A stretch of DNA of 64,000 nt, taken from the NCBI RefSeq assembly GCF_947648125.1, contig NZ_CANSMR010000008.1, positions 172,509-236,508 on the forward strand, given 5' to 3'. The position numbers and the translations under genes are program-made. Positions 46,912-58,464 of this stretch are shown here, piece by piece; positions within the stretch are counted from its first letter, which is position 1; every line of letters starts with the position of its first letter. This DNA comes from an uncultured Bradyrhizobium sp. (GTDB taxonomy: Bacteria > Pseudomonadota > Alphaproteobacteria > Rhizobiales > Xanthobacteraceae). The notes below the pieces were generated by a model that saw only the letters and a list, made by a program, of their open reading frames with translations, ran no database searches and had not been told where the DNA came from.

Positions 46912-48225
46912 TTATTGGACACTGTACCATCGGACGAGCCGCGGCGCGGCCCAATCGGTTGCGACCTGCTCGATCAGATAGCGGCCCGGATATTCGGCGA
47001 GGAAGGCGATGCGCTGGGTCTGGCCCGGTTCGACCGCGAGCGTGTCGAGCCAGAACGGCTTCCAGCCGTCGTCGAGCCGGTCGAGCAGACGGAAGTGATG
47101 GCCGTGCAGATGAAAGACGTTTGCGATCGCGCCCTGGTTGGTCAGGGCCAGCACGACGGTTCGGCCGGCCTTGGCCTGAAAGGCCGGAGCCGTTGACGGC
47201 TTGAAGTCCGCTGGGCGGAACCACTCGGTCGGCGCACCGAGCGCCAGATCGAATCGTGCAGCGCTCTTGAGGTCGAGCTGCGCGGGCATGTCGTTGCCCG
47301 GCAGCGGTGGGGCCGGTGGGAACGGCGCCGTTCGGATCGGCGGTTCGTTCGAGACGGTCAGTCTGCCGACCGGGCGGGCTTGCTTGCCGTCGTGCAGCAG
47401 GATCGGGAAGCTGGTTCCGGCCGGATCGGCCGCATCGACGAAGACATCCGTCCGGCTTCCGGGCGCCAGGACCAGTGCGCCGTTGCGGGCCGGGAACGGT
47501 TCGGCCGGCTGGCCGTCGATTGCCATCACCCGGACGTCGAGGTTGTCCAGCTTGACCGCTAGCACGGTGCGTTGGCTGCCATTGATAAAGCGGAGTCTGA
47601 GGCGGGCATTGGCCGGTGCCGAGATGTCGTATGAGGTCTTGCCGTTAATTGTATGAATTTGCGTCGAATCTTTTGGATCGCTTCCAGGCGGGATCGCGGT
47701 TCCATCGGGCCGCACGCGCCACTCCTCGATCAGTAGAACCTCATCGCGATCGACGGCGACCGGAGAGGTGCCGGTCACAATCAGCGGACGCGGGCGTGCC
47801 GGCGCCGTGCCATCCCCGAACAGCGGCTCGCACAGGAAGGTGCCTGCATGCCGCAGCGGCAGCTGAAAGGTATCCTTTGCCCCCGTGGCAAGGGGCGCCC
47901 GGGAGGCCAGCGGCTCCGCGGCCGGGACGCCATCGAGCCCGCGGCAATCGAGCGCGGCGGCAACCGGCAGATCGTTGCTGAACGTCACGTCGAGGACCTC
48001 GCCGCGCTTGAAGCGGAGATCGCTGCTGCCGAGCGACCACACCGGGGTCTCGGGGGTGCCCGGACGAAGCAGGATGCGGTCGGTTTGGGCCTGCAGCGCG
48101 ACCGCCGTCCGGCCCTGCGCCGAGCCGATGGTCGGCCAAGCGGGGCAAAGCGCCGCGGCGCCGAGGCCGGCGATCAGGTCGCGTCGGGTAAGGGAAAATT
48201 TGGGACTTGCTACAGGGCTTGCCAT
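46912..48225 (-). CDS. Tat-exported multicopper-oxidase-fold protein lacking most copper ligands (FtsP/SufI-like?)
   Basis: Tat signal '[27 protein letters not shown]' precedes three cupredoxin-like segments. Only 'FHLHGHHF' of the four MCO His motifs is present. Confidence 0.8.
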   Translation of the reverse strand: MASPVASPKFSLTRRDLIAGLGAAALCPAWPTIGSAQGRTAVALQAQTDRILLRPGTPETPVWSLGSSDLRFKRGEVLDVTFSNDLPVAAALDCRGLDGVPAAEPLASRAPLATGAKDTFQLPLRHAGTFLCEPLFGDGTAPARPRPLIVTGTSPVAVDRDEVLLIEEWRVRPDGTAIPPGSDPKDSTQIHTINGKTSYDISAPANARLRLRFINGSQRTVLAVKLDNLDVRVMAIDGQPAEPFPARNGALVLAPGSRTDVFVDAADPAGTSFPILLHDGKQARPVGRLTVSNEPPIRTAPFPPAPPLPGNDMPAQLDLKSAARFDLALGAPTEWFRPADFKPSTAPAFQAKAGRTVVLALTNQGAIANVFHLHGHHFRLLDRLDDGWKPFWLDTLAVEPGQTQRIAFLAEYPGRYLIEQVATDWAAPRLVRWYSVQ

Positions 48226-48378
48226 CCGGCCGATGCGGACCATTTTCAAGTGTACCTGTCCAGTCGCGATCGGTCGCAGGGCGGGCTCCCTAGCGGCCAT
48301 TTTTTTGCTGCGAACCGGTGGGCGCATGTTATAAGCCCGGCCGCCCGCGGCATCGCGGCCGGACTGGATGCTTTTCGC

Positions 48379-48463
48379 GCGGGCGTGGCGGAACTGGTAG
48401 ACGCGCTGGATTTAGGTTCCAGTGACGAAAGTTGTGGGGGTTCGAGTCCCTCCGCCCGCACCA
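48379..48463 (+). tRNA. tRNA-Leu (anticodon TAG), 85 nt, encoded CCA
   Basis: Folded by hand. Acceptor GCGGGCG/CGCCCGC, anticodon stem CTGGA/TCCAG with loop TTTAGGT, long variable arm, T-arm GGGGG-TTCGAGT-CCCTC. Confidence 0.93.
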
Positions 48464-48627
48464 AGCGCTTACAGCGTTTGCATGACGATTTCTTGGAGAA
48501 CCTTGGGCCCCGAAGGGGACGAGGGTTCGCCGAACCCACAGACGTTAGGCCGCAAGGCTCACCGTCGAACAGATTGACACTGCCACGGCCGCTCGGGCCG
48601 CGGCAAAAGCGGAAGAAGATTGATACC

Positions 48628-49986
48628 ATGCAGGTCACCGAGACCCTCAACGAGGGACTGAAGCACGAATTCAAGATCAGCGTTCCGGCATCCGATCTCG
48701 ATGCCAAGGCGGGCGCCAAGCTGGTCGACCTCAAGGACAAGGTCCGTCTCAACGGCTTCCGTCCCGGCAAGGTGCCGGTGGCGCACCTGAAGAAGATCTA
48801 CGGCCGCTCGGTCATGGCCGAGACCATCGACCAGACCATCAGCGACACCAACCGGCAGATTTTCGAAGATCGCGGCTTCCGCCTCGCCGGCGAGCCGAAG
48901 ATCACGATGCCGACCGAGAAGGACCAGGTCGAGGAATTGCTGTCGGGCAAGACCGACCTGACCTACACCGTCGCGATCGAGGTCGTGCCGCAGATCCAGC
49001 TCGCTGACTTCAAGGCGTTCTCGGTCGAGAAGCCGGTGGTCGATGTCTCCGACGCCGATGTCGACGATGCCATCAAGCGCATCGCCGAAGGCAGCCGTCC
49101 GTACAATGCCAAGACCGAGGGAGCGGCAGAGAAGGGCGATCGCGTCACCATCAGCTTCAAGGGCACCATCAACGGTGAAGCCTTCGAGGGCGGCACCGGC
49201 GAGGGCATCCAGGTCGTGATCGGCGCCGGCCAGTTCATCCCGGGCTTCGAGGAGCAGCTGATCGGCATCGGCACCGGCGAGACCCGCATGCTGAAGGTCT
49301 CCTTCCCGAAGAACTACCTGAACGACAAGCTCGCCGGCCAGCCGGCCGAGTTCGAGACCACCGCGACGCTGATCGAAGCGCCCGGCGAGACCACGATCGA
49401 CGACGAGTTCGCCAAGACGCTCGGCCTCGAATCGCTCGACAAGCTGAAGGAAGCGGCGCGCGAGCGCCTGACCGCCGAATTCGCCGGCGCGACCCGCCAG
49501 AAGGTCAAGCGCGCGCTGCTCGACCGGCTCGACGAGAGCCACAAATTCGAGGCCCCGCCGTCGCTTGTCGCCGAAGAGTTCAACCTGATGTGGAACTCGA
49601 TCAAGGCCGAGATGGACTCGTCCGGCAAGACCTTCGCCGACGAGAACACCACCGAGGATGCGGCCAAGGAAGAGTACCACAAGATCGCCGACCGCCGCGT
49701 CCGCCTCGGCCTCGTGCTGTCGGAGATCGGCGAGAAGAACAAGATCACCGTGACCGACGACGAGGTCTCGCGCGCCGTGATCGAACGCGCGCGCCAGGTG
49801 CCGGGCCGCGAGAAGGAAGTCTGGGATTACTACCGCAGCAACGCCCAGGCGCTGGCCCAGCTCCGCGCCCCGATCTACGAGGACAAGGTCGTCGACTTCG
49901 TCCTGGAGCTCGCCAACGTGACCGAGAAGAAGGTCTCCAAGGATGAGCTGTTCAAGGATGAAGACGCCGAGCAAACTGCCGCTTGA
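48628..49986 (+). CDS. tig: Trigger factor
   Basis: '[20 protein letters not shown]...FRPGKVP' N-terminal ribosome-binding domain with the GFRxGxxP signature, plus an FKBP-type middle domain. True start is ATG 48628. Confidence 0.95.
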   Translation: MQVTETLNEGLKHEFKISVPASDLDAKAGAKLVDLKDKVRLNGFRPGKVPVAHLKKIYGRSVMAETIDQTISDTNRQIFEDRGFRLAGEPKITMPTEKDQVEELLSGKTDLTYTVAIEVVPQIQLADFKAFSVEKPVVDVSDADVDDAIKRIAEGSRPYNAKTEGAAEKGDRVTISFKGTINGEAFEGGTGEGIQVVIGAGQFIPGFEEQLIGIGTGETRMLKVSFPKNYLNDKLAGQPAEFETTATLIEAPGETTIDDEFAKTLGLESLDKLKEAARERLTAEFAGATRQKVKRALLDRLDESHKFEAPPSLVAEEFNLMWNSIKAEMDSSGKTFADENTTEDAAKEEYHKIADRRVRLGLVLSEIGEKNKITVTDDEVSRAVIERARQVPGREKEVWDYYRSNAQALAQLRAPIYEDKVVDFVLELANVTEKKVSKDELFKDEDAEQTAA

Positions 49987-50211
49987 TTGCGGCACCTCGC
50001 GTTAATGATGAACCGCGAAAGCTGGCCTGGCGAGGGACACCCTCGCTAGGCGCGCCGACGCGAATCGGCTTGAACTTCTGCGGCCTGCCCAGGTGGCTAG
50101 TACGGCCAGTGCCGGTCTTGTCGGCCGGAAATTGGCCCATATCTGGGTTAAGCCTTGAGTCAGGTAGCCTTGAGTCAAGTTCTGCATCACCCCTAACCCT
50201 TGGGTTCTTTC

Positions 50212-50847
50212 ATGCGCGATCCCGTTGAAACCTACATGAACCTCGTGCCGATGGTCGTCGAGCAGACCAATCGCGGCGAACGCGCCTACGACATTTTCTC
50301 GCGCCTGCTGAAAGAGCGCATCATCTTCGTCACCGGTCCGGTCGAGGACGGCATGTCGACGCTGATCGTCGCGCAGCTGCTGTTCCTCGAGGCCGAGAAT
50401 CCGAAGAAGGAAATCTCGATGTACATCAACTCGCCGGGTGGCGTGGTGACGTCGGGCCTTGCGATCTACGACACGATGCAGTTCATCCGTCCGCCGGTGT
50501 CGACGCTGTGCACGGGGCAGGCGGCCTCGATGGGCTCGCTGCTGCTCGCAGCCGGCGAAAAGGACATGCGCTTCACGCTGCCGAACTCCCGCATCATGGT
50601 GCACCAGCCGTCCGGCGGCTTCCAGGGCCAGGCGACCGACATCATGCTGCACGCGCAGGAGATCCTGAATCTCAAGAAGCGCCTCAACGAGATCTACGTG
50701 AAGCACACCGGCCAGACCTACAAGGCGATCGAGGACGCGCTCGAGCGCGACAAGTTCCTCACCGCCGAGGACGCCAAGGCGTTCGGTCTCGTCGACAAGG
50801 TCATCGACAAGCGTCCGGAAGACCCGTCGGCAGCCAAAGCTGCCTGA
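50212..50847 (+). CDS. clpP: ATP-dependent Clp protease proteolytic subunit
   Basis: '[29 protein letters not shown]', catalytic '[11 protein letters not shown]' (Ser) and 'MVHQPSGG' (His) are present. Confidence 0.97.
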   Translation: MRDPVETYMNLVPMVVEQTNRGERAYDIFSRLLKERIIFVTGPVEDGMSTLIVAQLLFLEAENPKKEISMYINSPGGVVTSGLAIYDTMQFIRPPVSTLCTGQAASMGSLLLAAGEKDMRFTLPNSRIMVHQPSGGFQGQATDIMLHAQEILNLKKRLNEIYVKHTGQTYKAIEDALERDKFLTAEDAKAFGLVDKVIDKRPEDPSAAKAA

Positions 50848-51288
50848 TCTGGACAGGCGACCCGGGGCGTCGGTGTGATCTCCACATTGACGCCTCACAT
50901 AGTCGGCAAAGCAGGACGGCGGAGTACCTCGCAAGCGCATATGCGGGGGCAGAAAGTTCCGCTTTCGTGCTCATGGCTCGGCGTGGTAATCCCGCAACGT
51001 TCCGTGGATTTCGACGCGTATTCCACGTGCGATCGTGGAAAATCACGGTATTGTCACGGTCTTGAGCCGGCCCCCCGATTAGCGAATTCTTGATAGTCGG
51101 GTGCCAGCATGGTTGGCTGTAATGCATCGGCTATGATCGCGGAGATTCGAATAAACCGTGATCCACACGGTCAGTATTGCGTAGGGTCTTTTTTGGTACG
51201 GAATTTGCTCTATCTACCCAATACTCCGGTTTTGTGCCGGATTGGGTCGATCTGGCAAACGAGGTCGAACGGCGGACGGAGATAATGA

Positions 51289-52563
<1,275 letters not shown>

Positions 52564-52612
52564 GGCGCAACTTTCTGTCGTCGCAAATCACGCGGCTGCC
52601 TGGCGATCCGGC

Positions 52613-52646
52613 GGCCGTTGTGGCGCAGCAGCAGCGGCCCTTTTCG
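52613..52646 (+). terminator. Possible terminator after clpX
   Basis: GGCCGTTG / CAGCGGCC stem (7 Watson-Crick pairs plus 1 G-U) with an 11-nt loop, followed by CTTTTCG. The U-tract is weak. Confidence 0.4.
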
Positions 52647-52694
52647 CGTCGCAGTAAATGCCTGTTTAGCCTATATTTCCCGGCACTTCTCAGA

Positions 52695-52726
52695 CTTGAC
52701 ACCCCCCCGCCTGATAGCCACCTAAT
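52695..52726 (+). promoter_or_regulatory. Candidate heat-shock-type promoter upstream of lon (CTTGACA-N16-CCACCTAAT)
   Basis: The CTTGA -35-like box and C-rich -10-like box have spacing comparable to the E. coli sigma-32 consensus CTTGAAA-N13-15-CCCCATNT. They lie about 160 nt upstream of the lon ATG. This rests on a pattern match only. Confidence 0.3.
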
Positions 52727-52884
52727 GCTATCGGTGAGGGATCTCATGTGTTGAGATTCGTCGCTTTACGATGCGGAATATGTGGCTGCTGACGGCAATC
52801 TAATTCCGGATCACCAAGGCACCTTGTGGCGGTTGCGCAAGCAGGCGGACTGCGTGCAAGGGGGCAAAACAAAAGGATAAGGCC

Positions 52885-55314
52885 ATGACGACCTCAAAAC
52901 CCCGGCCAACGATCGTCCACGGCGAAAGCCACTCCTATCCGGTGCTGCCGCTCCGCGACATCGTCGTATTCCCGCACATGATCGTGCCTCTGTTCGTCGG
53001 CCGCGAGAAATCGATCCGCGCGCTCGAAGAGGTGATGAAGAACGACGCGCTGATCATGCTCGCGACGCAGAAGAACGCGTCCGATGACGATCCGGCGCCC
53101 GATTCAATTTACGAGACCGGTACGCTCGCCAGCGTGCTGCAGCTCCTGAAACTGCCCGACGGCACCGTGAAGGTGCTGGTCGAGGGCCTCGAGCGCGCGC
53201 GTGTCGAGAAGTATTCCGACCGCAGCGAGTATTACGAGGCGACCGCGGTCGCGCTCGCCGACACTGACGCCAACTCGGTCGAAGCCGAGGCCTTGGCGCG
53301 TTCGGTCGTGTCCGACTTCGAAAGCTATGTGAAGCTGAACAAGAAGATCTCCGCCGAAGTCGTCGGCGTGGTTCAGGCGATCACCGATTTCGCCAAGCTC
53401 GGCGACACCGTTGCTTCGCACCTCGCGGTCAAGATTGCCGATCGGCAAGCGATCCTGGAGACGTTGTCCGTCACGCAGCGCCTGGAGAAGGTGCTGGGGC
53501 TGATGGAGAGCGAGATCTCGGTGTTGCAGGTCGAGAAGCGCATCCGCTCGCGCGTCAAGCGCCAGATGGAGAAGACCCAGCGCGAGTATTACCTGAACGA
53601 GCAGATGAAGGCGATCCAGAAGGAGCTCGGCGACGACGAAGGTCGCGACGAGTTGGCCGATCTGGAGGAGAAGATCTCCAAGACCAAGCTGTCCAAGGAA
53701 GCGCGCGAGAAGGCCCAGCACGAGCTGAAGAAGCTGCGCCAGATGTCGCCGATGTCCGCGGAAGCGACCGTCGTGCGCAACTATCTGGATTGGCTGCTGT
53801 CGATCCCGTGGGGCAAGAAGTCCAAGGTCAAGAAGGACCTCGAGGCCGCGCAGGCGGTGCTGGACTCCGATCACTACGGGCTCGAGAAGGTCAAAGACCG
53901 CATCGTCGAGTATCTCGCGGTGCAGTCGCGCGCCAACAAGCTGACCGGACCGATCCTGTGCCTGGTCGGGCCTCCCGGCGTCGGCAAGACCTCGCTCGGC
54001 AAGTCGATCGCGAAGGCGACTGGCCGCGAGTTCGTGCGCGTGTCGCTCGGCGGCGTGCGTGACGAAGCCGAGATCCGCGGTCACCGCCGCACCTATATCG
54101 GCTCGATGCCTGGCAAGATCATCCAGTCGATGCGGAAGGCGAAGACCTCGAACCCGCTGTTCCTGCTGGACGAGATCGACAAGATGGGCGCCGATTTCCG
54201 CGGCGATCCGTCGTCGGCGCTGCTTGAGGTGCTGGACCCCGAGCAGAACTCGACCTTCAACGACCATTACCTGGAGGTCGACTACGACCTGTCCAACGTG
54301 ATGTTCATCACGACCGCGAATACGCTGAATATTCCGGGGCCGTTGATGGACCGCATGGAGATCATCCGGATCGCCGGCTACACCGAGAACGAGAAGGTCG
54401 AGATCGCGCGCAAGCATCTGATCCCGAGCGCGCTCTCCAAGCACGGTCTGGACTCCAAGGAATGGTCGATCGACGACGCGGCCTTGCTCTTGATGATCCG
54501 CCGCTACACCCGCGAAGCGGGCGTGCGTAATCTGGAGCGTGAGCTCTCCACACTCGCCCGCAAGGCGGTGAAGGAGCTGATGATCTCCAAGAAGAAGTCG
54601 GTGAAGGTCACCGAGGCGAACATCGAGGAGTTCCTCGGCGTTCCGAAGTATCGCTTCGGCGAGATCGACGACGAGGATCAGGTCGGTATCGTCACCGGTC
54701 TGGCGTGGACCGATGTCGGCGGCGAGCTGTTGACCATTGAAGGCGTCATGATGCCCGGCAAGGGCAAGATGACCGTCACGGGCAATCTGCGCGACGTGAT
54801 GAAGGAGTCGATCTCGGCGGCGGCGTCCTACGTCCGCTCGCGCGCGATCGTCTACGGCATCGAACCGCCGATGTTCGACCGCCGCGACATCCACGTTCAC
54901 GTGCCGGAGGGCGCAACCCCGAAGGACGGTCCGTCCGCTGGCGTGGCGATGGCCACCGCGATCATCTCGGTCATGACCGGCATCCCGGTCCGCCACGATG
55001 TCGCGATGACCGGCGAGATCACGCTGCGTGGTCGCGTGCTGCCGATCGGCGGTCTGAAGGAGAAGCTGCTGGCTGCCGCGCGCGGTGGCATCAAGACGGT
55101 GCTGATCCCGGAGGACAACGCCAAGGATCTCACGGAGATTTCCGATGCGATCAAGGGCGGCATGGAGATCATTCCGGTCTCGCGGCTGGATGAGGTCGTT
55201 GCCAAGGCGCTGACCCGCGTGCCGGCGCCGATCGTCTGGGAAGAGGAGACCAGCAAGGTCGACGTCAAGCCCGACGCTTCGGATGAGGCGTCCGGTGGCC
55301 TGACGGCGCACTGA
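52885..55314 (+). CDS. lon: ATP-dependent Lon protease
   Basis: LON N-domain, Walker A 'GPPGVGKTS', Walker B 'LFLLDEIDK' and catalytic '[14 protein letters not shown]' (Ser) are present. Confidence 0.98.
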   Translation: MTTSKPRPTIVHGESHSYPVLPLRDIVVFPHMIVPLFVGREKSIRALEEVMKNDALIMLATQKNASDDDPAPDSIYETGTLASVLQLLKLPDGTVKVLVEGLERARVEKYSDRSEYYEATAVALADTDANSVEAEALARSVVSDFESYVKLNKKISAEVVGVVQAITDFAKLGDTVASHLAVKIADRQAILETLSVTQRLEKVLGLMESEISVLQVEKRIRSRVKRQMEKTQREYYLNEQMKAIQKELGDDEGRDELADLEEKISKTKLSKEAREKAQHELKKLRQMSPMSAEATVVRNYLDWLLSIPWGKKSKVKKDLEAAQAVLDSDHYGLEKVKDRIVEYLAVQSRANKLTGPILCLVGPPGVGKTSLGKSIAKATGREFVRVSLGGVRDEAEIRGHRRTYIGSMPGKIIQSMRKAKTSNPLFLLDEIDKMGADFRGDPSSALLEVLDPEQNSTFNDHYLEVDYDLSNVMFITTANTLNIPGPLMDRMEIIRIAGYTENEKVEIARKHLIPSALSKHGLDSKEWSIDDAALLLMIRRYTREAGVRNLERELSTLARKAVKELMISKKKSVKVTEANIEEFLGVPKYRFGEIDDEDQVGIVTGLAWTDVGGELLTIEGVMMPGKGKMTVTGNLRDVMKESISAAASYVRSRAIVYGIEPPMFDRRDIHVHVPEGATPKDGPSAGVAMATAIISVMTGIPVRHDVAMTGEITLRGRVLPIGGLKEKLLAAARGGIKTVLIPEDNAKDLTEISDAIKGGMEIIPVSRLDEVVAKALTRVPAPIVWEEETSKVDVKPDASDEASGGLTAH

Positions 55315-55337
55315 GCGAAACTCCGATCTGAAAAATC

Positions 55338-55368
55338 AAACGGCGCCTTCGGGCGCCGTTTTTGTTTT
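55338..55368. terminator. Bidirectional rho-independent terminator (lon / convergent MFS gene)
   Basis: AAACGGCGCC-ttcg-GGCGCCGTTT perfect 10-bp stem is flanked by an A-run upstream and TTTTGTTTT downstream. Confidence 0.85.
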
Positions 55369-55395
55369 GGTCATCACGAGGAGCCGGGCAGGCGG

Positions 55396-56607
55396 CTACT
55401 CTTTCTTCTCGACGACGAAATTGCCGATCGCCCCGAGTGCCATCAGCACGCTGGTGCCGAGGAACACCGCGCGCATGCCGATATGGCCGCCGATGAATCC
55501 GCCGGCGAGCGGGCCGATCACCTGGCCGGCGTATTGCGCCGAGATCGAATAGCCCAGCATGCTGCCGGTGACCGCGTCGGGCACGTTGTGCCGGATCACG
55601 CTGGCGATGCAGGGCAACAGGCCGCCGAGCGCGAGCCCCATCAGGAAGCGGAGCAGGATCAGCTGCCAGCCGCTGACCACGAAGGCCTGCGGGATCAGCA
55701 GCAGCGCCGAGGCGGCCAGGCAGATGGTGATGATCCGCCAATGGCCGACGCGATCGGCGAGCTTCCCGAGATGCGACGACGATAGCAGGCTGCCGAACGC
55801 CGCTGCCGACATCACGAGGCCGGCGACGAACGTCACCTGCGGTGTCTCGACCAGTTGCGCGACATAGACCGTGATGATCGGCTCGATCGACATGTTGGCG
55901 ATCATCAGCAGCAGGCCGGTGCCCCACATCGCGATGACGGGACGCTTGTCCGGAACCAGCGACCAGCTGCCGCGCGCCTTGGCGCCTTTCGCCGTCTTCG
56001 GGCGCGCCTCCTCGCGGATCAGGAAGGTGGTGCCGAGGAAGGTGATGAAGATGACGCCGCCAATCAGGAAGAAGGTCGCGCGGATGCTGATCAGGCCCGG
56101 CAGCACGCCGCCGATCAAGGGACCGACCAGGCTGCCGGCCATGATGCCAGCCGACAGCACGCCGATCGCCCAGCCGGAGCGCGCTTTTGGCGTCTGCGCC
56201 GCGACCAGCACGGTCGAACCCGAGGCGTAGCCGCCGAGCAGGCCGGTCAACAGTCGCAGGCCTACCAGCTCATAGACGTTGTGCGCCATGCCGATCAGCG
56301 ACATGGCAACCGCCATGCCGAGGCTGGCGCGGATCAGCATCAGCTTGCGGCCATAGCGGTCCGCGAGCCGTCCCCACAGCGGCGCCGTCAACGCCGCGCT
56401 GAAGAAGGTCGCGCCGTAGGCCACGCCTGACCATTGCACGATCGCGGCATGGTCGGTCACGCCAAGCTGCTCGACATAAAGCGGCAGGAACGGCAGCAGC
56501 AGCGTCATCCCCACGATGGTGGTGAAGGATCCGAACAGGCAGACAATGAGGTTGCGCTTCCAAGGGCCGGCGTCGAGGGTCGCTTCGCGATCGATCTCCA
56601 TGTTCAT
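55396..56607 (-). CDS. MFS multidrug-efflux-type transporter (MdtG/YceE-like)
   Basis: 'WKRNLIVCLFGSFTTIVGMTLLLPFLPLYVEQLGVTDHAAIVQWSGV...GRLADRYGRKLMLIRASLGM' closely parallels my recollection of the E. coli MdtG N-terminus. Confidence 0.85.
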   Translation of the reverse strand: MNMEIDREATLDAGPWKRNLIVCLFGSFTTIVGMTLLLPFLPLYVEQLGVTDHAAIVQWSGVAYGATFFSAALTAPLWGRLADRYGRKLMLIRASLGMAVAMSLIGMAHNVYELVGLRLLTGLLGGYASGSTVLVAAQTPKARSGWAIGVLSAGIMAGSLVGPLIGGVLPGLISIRATFFLIGGVIFITFLGTTFLIREEARPKTAKGAKARGSWSLVPDKRPVIAMWGTGLLLMIANMSIEPIITVYVAQLVETPQVTFVAGLVMSAAAFGSLLSSSHLGKLADRVGHWRIITICLAASALLLIPQAFVVSGWQLILLRFLMGLALGGLLPCIASVIRHNVPDAVTGSMLGYSISAQYAGQVIGPLAGGFIGGHIGMRAVFLGTSVLMALGAIGNFVVEKKE

Positions 56608-56608
56608 G

Positions 56609-57277
56609 TCAGCGCAGCCCGATCACGGCGAAGCCGCGCGCCCGCAGGCCGCGACGGTCTTCGTTGAGCGAACGGAGCAGGCGATCGCGGGTGTCCGTAA
56701 TGTGGTCCGCGGCCTCGCGCGCAGCCGAATCCGGATCGTTGGCCTTGATGAAGCCGAGAATGCGCCGGTGCTCGCGCCAGGCCTGCTCGCGCGAGGGTTC
56801 GGTCCATACTTCGAGCCAGCGCGCCCGCGACAGCCGCGTCATGGCGCCCGCGATCGCCTTGACGATGAAGGGGTTGCCGGAGAGGCGTGCGATCTCGACA
56901 TGGAAATCGGTGCCGACACGGTGCCATTCCTCACGCGGTGCGCCGGACTGGCAGGCGTCCAGCATCTCCTCGACGCCGGCGATGTCGGCCGCACTTGCCC
57001 GCGCGCAGGCAAGACGGACGGCCGTCGTCTCCAGTGGGATCCTGAACTCCGCCAACGCCTCCAGCTCTCCGAGGTCGATCGGTGCGACGATCCAGTTGCG
57101 GCCGTCGCGGCGGACCAGCTCTTCGCCTTCGAGCCGCACCAGCGCGGCGCGGATGGGCGTGCGTGATCCCTCGAACCTGCTTTCGAGCCAGCGCTCCGTC
57201 AGCCGCTCGCCGGGGCCGAGGTCGAGCGAGAGGATCATCTCCCGGAGCTGGTCGTGGATCTGGAGCATCTGTGACAT
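56609..57277 (-). CDS. GntR-family transcriptional regulator (FadR/FCD subfamily)
   Basis: wHTH 'LGPGERLTERWLESRFEGSRTPIRAALVRLEGEELV' plus a helical FCD-like C-domain. Starts at ATG 57277. The stop lies 1 nt before the MFS ATG. Confidence 0.85.
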   Translation of the reverse strand: MSQMLQIHDQLREMILSLDLGPGERLTERWLESRFEGSRTPIRAALVRLEGEELVRRDGRNWIVAPIDLGELEALAEFRIPLETTAVRLACARASAADIAGVEEMLDACQSGAPREEWHRVGTDFHVEIARLSGNPFIVKAIAGAMTRLSRARWLEVWTEPSREQAWREHRRILGFIKANDPDSAAREAADHITDTRDRLLRSLNEDRRGLRARGFAVIGLR

Positions 57278-57478
57278 GGCGGTCCGCCGGCGTGGGAGTA
57301 GAGTTTGGAGACCCGGTCGACGTATCCCGAATTGGTATCCCAAACAATCCCGTTTTGGGATACCAGTACTGTCCCAACGGGCCACCCGACCGTGTTCCAG
57401 ATGCCTTGCGGGCCGCATCCCCGGGAACGACCTCTTGGCTACCGCCTTTGTTGCACGACGCCGAATTGGGAGAACGCA

Positions 57479-57883
57479 ATGCAGATCGACGGGCAATGCC
57501 ACTGCAGGGCCGTGACCTATCAGGCGGAGATCGATCCCGAACGGGTGTCGATCTGCCATTGCACGGACTGCCAGTCGCTGACCGGCTCGCCGTATCGCGT
57601 CACTGTGATCTGCGCCGCCGAGCAGGTCCGGCTGACCGGAGGCGCGCCGAAGATCTACGGCAGGCGGGGCGATAACGGCCGGATCCGCTTCCAGCACTTT
57701 TGTGGCGATTGCGGTTCCCCGTTGTTCACCAGCGGCGAGGATGGTGGTCCGGATGATTGGGGCATCCGCTGGGGCAGCATTCGACAGCGCGGCGAATTGA
57801 CCCCGCGACGCCAGGTCTGGTGCCGCTCCGCCGCGCCCTGGATCAATGATCTCAAGGAATTGCCGGCGCGACCCAAGGATTGA
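57479..57883 (+). CDS. GFA-family (glutathione-dependent formaldehyde-activating / CENP-V-like) zinc protein
   Basis: Cys motifs 'GQCHCRAV', 'ICHCTDCQ' and 'FCGDCGSPLF'. GGGAGAA SD lies before ATG 57479. Confidence 0.8.
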   Translation: MQIDGQCHCRAVTYQAEIDPERVSICHCTDCQSLTGSPYRVTVICAAEQVRLTGGAPKIYGRRGDNGRIRFQHFCGDCGSPLFTSGEDGGPDDWGIRWGSIRQRGELTPRRQVWCRSAAPWINDLKELPARPKD

Positions 57884-57975
57884 AGCACAAGGATTGAAGC
57901 CTATCGATTGAGGCTTTGCGGCCATGGCGACCTTGCGCCCGAGGGGCGGGCGAGGCTAAAGAGGCGCGCAGGTAA

Positions 57976-58052
57976 GGGCGGCTAGCTCAGCTGGTTAGAG
58001 CATCTCGTTTACACCGAGAGGGTCGGGAGTTCGAATCTCTCGCCGCCTACCA
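57976..58052 (+). tRNA. tRNA-Val (anticodon TAC), 77 nt, encoded CCA
   Basis: Folded by hand. Acceptor GGGCGGC/GCCGCCT (one G-U), D-arm GCTC-AGCTGGTTA-GAGC, anticodon stem TCTCG/CGAGA with loop TTTACAC, T-loop TTCGAAT. Confidence 0.93.
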
Positions 58053-58074
58053 GCCTTCGCTCCTCACGGGCTAC

Positions 58075-58095
58075 GGCTGGGCAAGCCAGCCTTTG
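58075..58095 (+). terminator. Possible terminator after tRNA-Val
   Basis: GGCTGG-gcaag-CCAGCC stem followed by TTTG. The U-tract is short. Confidence 0.4.
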
Positions 58096-58215
58096 CGGAT
58101 CAACTTATCCGCTTGTTCGGTCCGCAGGGCGAAGGCAGTCTTGCCGAAGTTCGAAGAGCGAAGGCGGACCGGCTGCCTGGACGCGCGGGCGTGCTTCCCC
58201 CGATGGGATCCGGCG

Positions 58216-58464
58216 CTATGGTTGCAGCATTCTGATTGTCGAGATCGGCCACTTCCCGATGTGCCCTCTGATCGAGATGCGCAACCCATGCGACTCGTCC
58301 AGAGATACGCCCTCGACGGTCCCTGCCGTCCCATCGGTGAGAACCGCAGCCCTTCCGACAAGTTCGGCCTCCACTTGCACATGCTCGCGCAGGATGACGG
58401 TGGCGCGGTGTTTCACGAGCTGTAAAGCGGCCGCTGGTTGGTGGGCCCGACGTAGTGAGGCCAT
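58216..58464 (-). CDS. Hypothetical small protein (82 aa)
   Basis: The ATG is preceded by GGAGGG 7 nt upstream. The central and C-terminal codons have high GC3, and the sequence is beta-rich and non-repetitive ('VLTDGTAGTVEGVSLDESHGLRISIRGHIGKWPISTI'). I recognise no family. Confidence 0.4.
   Translation of the reverse strand: MASLRRAHQPAAALQLVKHRATVILREHVQVEAELVGRAAVLTDGTAGTVEGVSLDESHGLRISIRGHIGKWPISTIRMLQP

Noticed and set aside
47848-48627. N-terminal 260-aa extension of the trigger-factor ORF in the ORF track
   Set aside because: The extension runs antisense through the MCO-like gene and straight across tRNA-Leu (48379-48463). Trigger factor begins at the conserved MQVTET... at 48628.
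48559-49995. 478-aa minus-strand ORF opposite tig
   Set aside because: This is a shadow ORF with low-complexity Leu/Gly/Asp/Arg composition. The plus frame is canonical trigger factor.
53104-55311. 735-aa minus-strand ORF opposite lon
   Set aside because: This is a shadow ORF of an unambiguous Lon protease gene.
57278-57925. 216-aa N-terminal extension of the GntR ORF
   Set aside because: It covers the divergent promoter region and the GFA gene in antisense. The GntR wHTH starts immediately after ATG 57277.
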